From Patescibacteria group bacterium (GTDB lineage Bacteria; Patescibacteriota; Minisyncoccia; UBA9983), in contig JAHIOX010000003.1 of the NCBI GenBank assembly GCA_018895015.1, positions 962 to 64,961 on the forward strand: DNA of 64,000 bases. Direction: 5' to 3'. Under the pieces are notes generated by a model that did not search any database, was not told where the DNA came from, and saw nothing but the letters and a program-made list of their open reading frames with translations. This document shows positions 57,606-64,000 of the stretch, in pieces. Position numbers and translations under genes: made by a program. Numbering within the stretch: the stretch's first letter is position 1; each line of letters opens with the position of its first letter.

Positions 57606-59145
57606 TTACTTTGTCGCCTTGGTTTATTCCTTCAAGAATTTCAATATTGCCTTCGGTATCTCTGATCCCGATTTTTACGCTGACTTCTTTTACATTTTCC
57701 CCGTCAAGTACGCGCGCGGTCTTGCCATTGTTTTTATCGATCACCGCCCTTTGCGGAATCGCGAATACCGCTTGTCTTTCCGCGGTAACAATATCAACAT
57801 TAGCTGTCATGCCTGGCTTTACGCGATCGTCCTCTTTAATGAACTGCATTGTTATCTTATAAGTGGCGACGCCTTCAATAATGGTTTCTGCCGGGTCAAT
57901 CGCGACGACAATCGCCTCAAACAAAACATCGTCGCTGTAAGCGTCAAGCGTAACTTTCGCTTTGTCGCCGATTTTTACTTTAGCAATGTCCGCTTCCGGA
58001 ACATTCGCTTCAATTTCGTATTTCGCGTCGCTCACAACGGAAACCAGCGCGCTGTTAGCTGAAACAATCTCGCCGACTTTGGCATCCTGCTTTGTAATAA
58101 CCCCATTTATCGGAGACGCTATAACGCCTTTTTCAATCTGCGCTTGAATAACTTGAATCTTTGCTTCGGCCTGGCCCACCTGCGCTTCTTGCGCCGCAAT
58201 CTGTTCAAGCGTGGCGCCCGCCTTTTTCAAAAGCAGTTCGTTTCCCGCCAGCATAAGGCTTGACTGGGCTGTTTTAAATTTTTCATCCGCTGAAGAAAGA
58301 TTGACAATGGCTGTGTTTATATTAGTTCGCGCGGTGGAAATATCGCTCTTATAAGCGTCCAAAGTCGTTTTGCTGAGAGTGGAATCAACCATAAGCGCGT
58401 TCACGCCAAACGCGAGCAAATCCAAATAATTTCTTACTGCTTCCAAATTCTTTTTAAAATCCTCGGTATAAAATTCAGGATTTCCGGAAACGTTAATCGC
58501 GTTTGCCGACGCCTGCCATTTTGCCAATGATTGCTCCAAATTAAAACGAGCCCATTCCACTTCATTCTCTTTGTAAAATCCCATGAAATTAATTTGCGGA
58601 TTCGCCGTTCTCGGGTTGCTGAATAATTGGTCTGTTTTGCCCCTGATGGCGTCGTCAGACTTTGTATAAGCGTCTTGCAATTTATCCGCCAGATTTATTC
58701 TCGCGTCTTGGAGAGAAACTTTTGCATTATCAACTTTTGTTTCCGCTACTTTGATTTCTTCAGGCCTTACGCCTTTTTTCAGCTCTTCAAGTTTGGCTTT
58801 TTGATACGCGACATTTGTTTCGGCTTCGTTTCTCTGCGCGATTAGCTCGCTCGCGTCAAGTTGCGCCAGCGCCTGCCCGGCAAAAACATTGTCGCCAACT
58901 TTAACATTCACCCAACCAATCCGCCCCATTTTTTCAAACGCCAAGCTAACCTCTTTAGCCGGCTTTACGCGGCCCGTCACGCTTACCTCCTGAACAATGT
59001 CGCGCCTTTCAGCGATTATATAATCATAAGGGCTGGCATTTTTACCTTTAAAATACGCGTACGCCCAATAAGAAGAAGCCGCGATAATTATTAAAATAAC
59101 AATAAGCGCCGGTTTTTTTATCATGTTCGTAATGTGTGTTTTCAT
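57583..59145 (-). CDS. efflux periplasmic adaptor (membrane-fusion protein, HlyD/MacA-like)
   Basis: N-terminal TM, long coiled-coil, beta-barrel C-terminus. Confidence 0.7.
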   Translation of the reverse strand: MKTHITNMIKKPALIVILIIIAASSYWAYAYFKGKNASPYDYIIAERRDIVQEVSVTGRVKPAKEVSLAFEKMGRIGWVNVKVGDNVFAGQALAQLDASELIAQRNEAETNVAYQKAKLEELKKGVRPEEIKVAETKVDNAKVSLQDARINLADKLQDAYTKSDDAIRGKTDQLFSNPRTANPQINFMGFYKENEVEWARFNLEQSLAKWQASANAINVSGNPEFYTEDFKKNLEAVRNYLDLLAFGVNALMVDSTLSKTTLDAYKSDISTARTNINTAIVNLSSADEKFKTAQSSLMLAGNELLLKKAGATLEQIAAQEAQVGQAEAKIQVIQAQIEKGVIASPINGVITKQDAKVGEIVSANSALVSVVSDAKYEIEANVPEADIAKVKIGDKAKVTLDAYSDDVLFEAIVVAIDPAETIIEGVATYKITMQFIKEDDRVKPGMTANVDIVTAERQAVFAIPQRAVIDKNNGKTARVLDGENVKEVSVKIGIRDTEGNIEILEGINQGDKVIVFVKEE

Positions 59146-59216
59146 CTTTTTATTATATAATTGTTTTGATAAAATGCAAAAACGTGATAAGATGTAAAGT
59201 AAATCAATATTAGCTT

Positions 59217-60464
59217 ATGGATTTATTCAGCGAATTAAAAGAACGGGGCTTAATATACCAAGTTTCCAACGAAGAAGAAGCAAAAAAAATCTTTGGGCAA
59301 AAGGGCTCTTATTTTTATATTGGCTTTGACGCCACCGGGCCCAGTTTGCATGTCGGCAATCTTCTCGCGATTATTTTCGCCAAACGGCTTGAGAACGCCG
59401 GACTTAAACCGATTATTTTAATCGGCGGAGCCACCGGCATGATAGGCGACCCAAGCGGAAAAGCGCAAGAAAGAATTTTGAACACCGAGCAAGATGTCAA
59501 AAAATTCGCCGTTTCAATAAAAAAACAGCTATTAAATTTTTTCAGCGCCAAAAACGCCAAAATTTTAAACAACTGCGATTGGATCAAAAATCTTTCCGTG
59601 ATAAATTTTTTGCGCGATATTGGTAAAAACTTCAGCGTTAACGAAATGCTTGCCAAAGAATCAGTGGCGGCCAGATTAAAAACAGGGATTTCTTTTACCG
59701 AATTCAGCTATATGGTTTTACAAGCGTATGATTTTCTCGCTCTTTTTAAAAAATACGGGTGCAAACTGCAAATCGGCGGCTCTGACCAATGGGGCAACAT
59801 AACAGCAGGGCTGGAATTGATAAGAAAATCGGCGGGAGGAGAAGCGCTCGGCCTGACCGTTCCTTTAATCACAAAAAACGGCGGCGCCAAATTCGGGAAA
59901 ACAGAGGAAGGCGCGGTATGGCTGGACCATAAACTCACATCCCCTTATCATTTTTATCAATTTTGGCTTAACACGGACGACAAAGACGCGGTTAAATTTT
60001 TAAAATATTTTACTTTTCTGGCGCTTGAAGAAATAGAAAAATTAAAACAGACGCTTGAAAACAATCCGGAAAAAAGAGAAGCGCAAAAAATTCTAGGAAA
60101 AGAAATTACGATTTTTGCCCACGGAGAAAACGCTTTTAAAAGGGCTGAGAAAATATCCGGCTTGTTGTTTCGCGGAAAAATCAAAGAATTAAGCGAAAGC
60201 GAACTTAAAGAAGCGTTCGGAGGATTGGCTGGAGAAAGAATGGGGAAATTTGAAGAAATGAACATCGCGGATTTTCTAGTTTTGTCAAAAGCATCCGGCT
60301 CAAAACGCCAGGCCCGCGAAGACATAACAAACGGCGCGATTGAGCTGAACGGAAATGAAATAAAAGACTTGAATTATTTTGTGGCGAAAAAAGACGCGCT
60401 TTTCGGGAAATACATAGTCATCAAACGCGGCAAGCGCGACTATTTTGCGGTGGAAATAAAATAA
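59217..60464 (+). CDS. tyrS: tyrosyl-tRNA synthetase
   Basis: HVGN (HIGH), KFGKT (KMSKS), C-terminal S4 domain. Confidence 0.95.
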   Translation: MDLFSELKERGLIYQVSNEEEAKKIFGQKGSYFYIGFDATGPSLHVGNLLAIIFAKRLENAGLKPIILIGGATGMIGDPSGKAQERILNTEQDVKKFAVSIKKQLLNFFSAKNAKILNNCDWIKNLSVINFLRDIGKNFSVNEMLAKESVAARLKTGISFTEFSYMVLQAYDFLALFKKYGCKLQIGGSDQWGNITAGLELIRKSAGGEALGLTVPLITKNGGAKFGKTEEGAVWLDHKLTSPYHFYQFWLNTDDKDAVKFLKYFTFLALEEIEKLKQTLENNPEKREAQKILGKEITIFAHGENAFKRAEKISGLLFRGKIKELSESELKEAFGGLAGERMGKFEEMNIADFLVLSKASGSKRQAREDITNGAIELNGNEIKDLNYFVAKKDALFGKYIVIKRGKRDYFAVEIK

Positions 60465-60495
60465 AAAACGGGGAAGCAAACTGCTTCCCCTTAAT
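60465..60495. terminator. bidirectional terminator GGGGAAGCAAACTGCTTCCCC
   Basis: 8-bp GC stem; A-run/T-run flanks. Confidence 0.5.
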
Positions 60496-60506
60496 AATTA
60501 AATATT

Positions 60507-60791
60507 TCAACAAGTTTTTACGGCGTACCATCGCGGCTCGCCGTAAAAATGACCTCCTGGATTCTTATAATAATCCGGAAACTCAACGAACTTCGCCCAA
60601 AGCGGGACAGATAGAAAAGTTCCTCTTTTTGTTTTTATATTGCCTATTTCTCCATTAATAGAAGCAAAAAAAGAAATTTCCCCGGCGCGCACATACACGT
60701 GCGAAACCTCTGATAAAATCCGGTATTTTTTCCGCGGATCTATCTCCATTTTCCTGCGACTCCCGTTCTTGACCAACCTAAATCCTTTCAT
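60507..60791 (-). CDS. hypothetical protein (94 aa from ATG with AAGGAGGA SD; track ORF extends further 5')
   Basis: SD-supported internal start, ATGA overlap with upstream gene stop. Confidence 0.4.
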   Translation of the reverse strand: MKGFRLVKNGSRRKMEIDPRKKYRILSEVSHVYVRAGEISFFASINGEIGNIKTKRGTFLSVPLWAKFVEFPDYYKNPGGHFYGEPRWYAVKTC

Positions 60792-61354
60792 ACCATCCTC
60801 CTTTCTTCTTTTTTTGCCAATCTTCCTATTATCGCTCCGTGAAGAGCAATAATAGAAAATATCAACATCGCAAAAATCGCGATTTCTATGCTGGCTACTT
60901 CCAGAATAGCCAAGGTGGCGCAAAACAAATGCCCTGCCTGGCGTGTTTTGCCGTAAAGATGGCACATTTTGCGATTATCCACAGGCATGCCTATATGCAA
61001 AAGCATAACCTGTATTTCAAAAACAAAAATCGCAAGAATTGCAAGGCCAACAAAACTATCGCTAGATTTCCGCGCTAAATGCAAAAGAACAGCGAGCATC
61101 AACGCGCGATCTCTCGCAGGGTCAAGAATTTCGCCAATGATAGTTTCCTGCTTTAAAAATCTGGCAGAAATGCCGTCTAGCGCGTCTGTCATTCCGGCTA
61201 AAAACAAAAACAACAAAATTACGCCCGCACTGGAACCGCAGAAAAAAGATTTAACATACAGGCCAATAAAAATAAAGCCTGATGCTGTAATTAAGTTCGG
61301 AATTGTCCAAATTGCGCTTTTGTCCTTTGGCGCGAAAATTCCTTTCTCATTCAT
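60788..61354 (-). CDS. CDP-alcohol phosphatidyltransferase (PgsA-like)
   Basis: DGxxAR...G...D...D motif (DALDGISARFL...GEILDPARDR). Confidence 0.8.
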   Translation of the reverse strand: MNEKGIFAPKDKSAIWTIPNLITASGFIFIGLYVKSFFCGSSAGVILLFLFLAGMTDALDGISARFLKQETIIGEILDPARDRALMLAVLLHLARKSSDSFVGLAILAIFVFEIQVMLLHIGMPVDNRKMCHLYGKTRQAGHLFCATLAILEVASIEIAIFAMLIFSIIALHGAIIGRLAKKEERRMV

Positions 61355-61466
61355 TGCTAATCACCTTCCTTTTTTCGCTTCCGCCGATTGGCGGATGGCG
61401 GATTAAATTTTCAAAAATGCTTTATTTAAGATTAAACACTTAAAAAGTCAAAAAGTCAACTATTTA

Positions 61467-62165
61467 TTATTTGCCAAATCTGCGCTGGCGGTTTTGAAAT
61501 TCTTCTATCGCCTCTTCCAAATCTTTTTCGCTGAAATCAGGCCACATTTTTGGAGAAAAATATATCTCCGAATAAACCCCCTGCCACGGAAGAAAACCCG
61601 AAAGCCGCTGTTCTCCGCTGGTGCGTATAATCATATCCGGGTCTGGCTGGCCGGCGGTATAAACATATTTGTTAAAAATTTCTTCGTTCATTTCTTCAGG
61701 CGCGATTTTTGCTTCAATTATTTTTTTAACGGTATCAACAATTTCCTGCCTTCCGCCATAACTTATCGCGAGATTCAAAGTCTCTCCAGTGTTATTTTTC
61801 GTGATTTCCATCACTTCTCTTGCCAATCTTCGCAAATTTTTCGGCAAGCGTTCAATTTGGCCCATGATGTTAAGCTTAATATCGTTATTGATAAAAAAGT
61901 CCTTTTCTTTTTCAAGACAATATTCTAAAAGCTTCATTAAATAAGAAACCTCTTCCTCGCTTCTTTTCCAGTTTTCAGTGGAAAAAGCGTAAATCGTAAG
62001 ATGCTTCACTTCAAGCTCGCGGCACCTTTTGGCAATTTTCTTAAAATTTTCATACCCGGCCCGATGGCCTTCCAGCGTAGGCAGCCCGCGTTGTTTCGCC
62101 CACCTGCGATTGCCGTCCATTATAATAGCGATGTGTTTAATTTTTTTATCTTTTTCGTCAGTCAT
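61467..62165 (-). CDS. uppS: undecaprenyl-diphosphate synthase (cis-prenyltransferase)
   Basis: HIAIIMDGNRRWA, FSTENW, RTSGEQRLSGFLPWQ. Confidence 0.95.
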   Translation of the reverse strand: MTDEKDKKIKHIAIIMDGNRRWAKQRGLPTLEGHRAGYENFKKIAKRCRELEVKHLTIYAFSTENWKRSEEEVSYLMKLLEYCLEKEKDFFINNDIKLNIMGQIERLPKNLRRLAREVMEITKNNTGETLNLAISYGGRQEIVDTVKKIIEAKIAPEEMNEEIFNKYVYTAGQPDPDMIIRTSGEQRLSGFLPWQGVYSEIYFSPKMWPDFSEKDLEEAIEEFQNRQRRFGK

Positions 62166-63090
62166 GTTTATTGTTTATTGCCAGCCAAAAAATAACGGCT
62201 ATCCCCAAAGACAAAATGATAGGCAAAATATTTTTCTTCAGCCAAATTTTTAAATCAAATTTTTGCTTTGGAGTTATTTTTTCAAAAAATTTTCTTGTTT
62301 CTTTTTCAAGCTCCTCCTTGCCTAAAATTGCTTTAAGCTTTCCGTTATGCGCCAAAGAAACAGCGCCTCTTTCTTCAGAAACAACAAGGCAAAGCGCGTC
62401 TGTTTTTTCCGAAAGGCCCAGCGCGGCGCGATGCCTTGTGCCGAATTTTTTAACTGATTCTATTTTTTCCGCGAGCGGAAGATGAACGCCAAACCGCTTA
62501 ATCTTATCTCCTTCAACAATTGCGGCGCCGTCATGCCCCGGAGAATTTTTATCAAAAATGCTTAGCAAAATCGGCTCGGAAATTTTTCCGTTAAGAAAAA
62601 AACCGCCGTCAACGTATCGCTCAACCGGCGTTTTGCCAGAAAAAACAATCAGCGCTCCGGTATTGGCTTGCGCGAAACTCCATACAACCCGCAAGATTAT
62701 TTTCAGCGCGTCTTCCGAAGTCGCCAAAAACTTTCTTCTGATTCCTAAAATTCCTATCATTTCAAAAAATCTTCTTAGCTCTTTTTGGAAAACAATAAGC
62801 ATAACGATCAAAAACGCCCCGAAAAAATATTTAAAAATTATTTGGGTCAGCGTAAGATTAAAAAACAAAGCCATTCCGTAAACTAAAATCATCGCGAAAA
62901 TACCCATGATAATCGGTATTGATTTTGTTTTTATAAAAAGCATCAAAACCGCGTATGTTATGATAGCGACAACCGCAATGTCAAAAATATCCTTAAATTG
63001 AAAAACCGAAATAATATCTCCGACTTTAGAAAATACAACTCCGGCCGTGTTTGTTCCATTGCTTATATGATTTAGCGCCTCAGAAAACAT
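62158..63090 (-). CDS. cdaA: diadenylate cyclase CdaA (DAC domain with N-terminal TMs)
   Basis: GALIVF, HDGAAIV, TRHRAALGLSEKTDALCLVVSEERG. Confidence 0.8.
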   Translation of the reverse strand: MFSEALNHISNGTNTAGVVFSKVGDIISVFQFKDIFDIAVVAIITYAVLMLFIKTKSIPIIMGIFAMILVYGMALFFNLTLTQIIFKYFFGAFLIVMLIVFQKELRRFFEMIGILGIRRKFLATSEDALKIILRVVWSFAQANTGALIVFSGKTPVERYVDGGFFLNGKISEPILLSIFDKNSPGHDGAAIVEGDKIKRFGVHLPLAEKIESVKKFGTRHRAALGLSEKTDALCLVVSEERGAVSLAHNGKLKAILGKEELEKETRKFFEKITPKQKFDLKIWLKKNILPIILSLGIAVIFWLAINNKHD

Positions 63091-63109
63091 TTTTCAATCA
63101 TACCATTTT

Positions 63110-63868
63110 TTAAAAAAATAGAGAAATCGCGAAGAAAATAACGCTGGCAAAAATGATTAGCGGACCGGCCGCGAATCCCGTAATCGCGGACAATGCAACT
63201 CCCAAAACACAGCTCAAAATACCCAAAGCGAGCGCGCCCCAGGAATACTGGAACAAATTGCGGCTCAATTTTTTGGAGGCGGCGGCCGGAGTTATGACCA
63301 GCGCGCCTATCAAAAGCGAACCCGCCACTTTTATTCCAAGCGCGACGATGACCGCGATCGCCAAAAGATAAATCAAGTTATATTTTTTTATTTTTATATT
63401 GTTAGAAACGGCAAGGTCTTCCGATATGGACGAAATTATCAGTTTGGGATAAATGGAATATATAATCGCGACTACGCCGATACTTAACACAGCGGAGATA
63501 ATCGTATCCAACAAAGACACGCTTGATATATCGCCGACCAAAGCGTGAAGCAATTCGTGTTCCGGCGTAACCAAAAACCCGATTGCCAGACTTAAAACGA
63601 AAATAACTCCAACCAAAGATTCAGTCGGCAAATCCGTCCGCCCTTCCAAAAGCCATATCAGCAAAATTCCAAGCAAAAGAAAAATAAAAGCTCCATACGA
63701 TACATTAAACCCCCATAGCAATGCCAATCCAATGCCCGGCAAAGCGACATGGCCAAGCGCGTCTCCTACCAGCGCCATCCTTTTTGTAATCATCAGCGAC
63801 CCAAGGTAGCCGGCGGCTCCGCCGACAAAAATCGCCGTTATTAAACTGTATAAATAATCAATGGCCAT
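63110..63868 (-). CDS. ABC-3 type metal (Zn/Mn) transporter permease
   Basis: LVGDALGHVALPGIG signature (GDAxSHxxLPG), 8 TM. Confidence 0.75.
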   Translation of the reverse strand: MAIDYLYSLITAIFVGGAAGYLGSLMITKRMALVGDALGHVALPGIGLALLWGFNVSYGAFIFLLLGILLIWLLEGRTDLPTESLVGVIFVLSLAIGFLVTPEHELLHALVGDISSVSLLDTIISAVLSIGVVAIIYSIYPKLIISSISEDLAVSNNIKIKKYNLIYLLAIAVIVALGIKVAGSLLIGALVITPAAASKKLSRNLFQYSWGALALGILSCVLGVALSAITGFAAGPLIIFASVIFFAISLFF

Positions 63869-64000
63869 GGTTATGTTTGTATAATTTTATTTCTCCGCCG
63901 TAAAGCCGGTTTAAGCTATCCCCGCCTAACACCTCCTGCGGCGCGCCATAACAGACGGCTTTTTTATTCAAGCAAAGAACGCTGTCCGCAAACTTATAAA
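63858..64000 (-). CDS. ABC-3 metal transporter ATP-binding protein, C-terminal fragment (truncated by window edge)
   Basis: translated C-terminus ...ADSVLCLNKKAVCYGAPQEVL...LYGG; stop overlaps znuB-like start. Confidence 0.5.
   Translation of the reverse strand, partial: YKFADSVLCLNKKAVCYGAPQEVLGGDSLNRLYGGEIKLYKHNHGH

Overview
The window looks like a low-GC, small-genome bacterium with candidate-phyla-radiation/Patescibacteria-like gene content. It is dominated by housekeeping genes. These include six aminoacyl-tRNA synthetases (cysS, aspS, alaS, leuS, trpS, tyrS), the ribosomal-protein/rpoA block (rpsI-rplM-rplQ-rpoA-rpsD-rpsK-rpsM-rpmJ-infA), dnaB-recR, the grpE-dnaK...dnaJ chaperone operon, mnmA, mltG, ychF, nfo, uppS, pgsA-like, cdaA, a MacAB-like ABC efflux set and a tRNA-Ala(UGC). 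Expression signals are of two kinds: canonical AAGGAGGTG Shine-Dalgarno sites, and apparent leaderless starts (TATAAT followed 7-8 nt later by ATG). Intrinsic terminators are easy to recognise. The most unusual thing I can see directly is a family of about 40-bp compound palindromes (two TGGAnA-N5-TnTCCA units) embedded in frame inside four essential genes (cysS, alaS, mnmA, leuS). The same sites also carry in-frame 13-bp and 7-bp tandem repeats. This resembles the Rickettsia palindromic elements, which are not described for this kind of genome. Other accessory signals are listed here. (1) The dnaK operon has two secreted or membrane proteins, one with a C39-like peptidase domain, inserted between dnaK and dnaJ. 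(2) There is a membrane-anchored ClpA/B-like AAA+ protein with a degenerate first ATPase module, and a ClpP-like protein lacking the catalytic Asp. (3) There is a secreted caspase-like protein. (4) A hairpin-forming intergenic repeat family has the core AGCGATAGCAAG / GCGATCGC. (5) Two divergent promoter-operator modules are duplicated in front of unrelated small-gene cassettes. (6) A duplicated tRNA-promoter module drives a 42-aa Cys-rich peptide gene next to a P-loop protein and an APH-like kinase, immediately beside tRNA-Ala. (7) A roughly 220-nt highly structured non-coding region sits upstream of grpE. (8) An islet of small SD-driven genes at 28.9-32.1 kb includes a perfect 36-bp palindrome. 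No CRISPR arrays, rRNA genes or transposases were seen.
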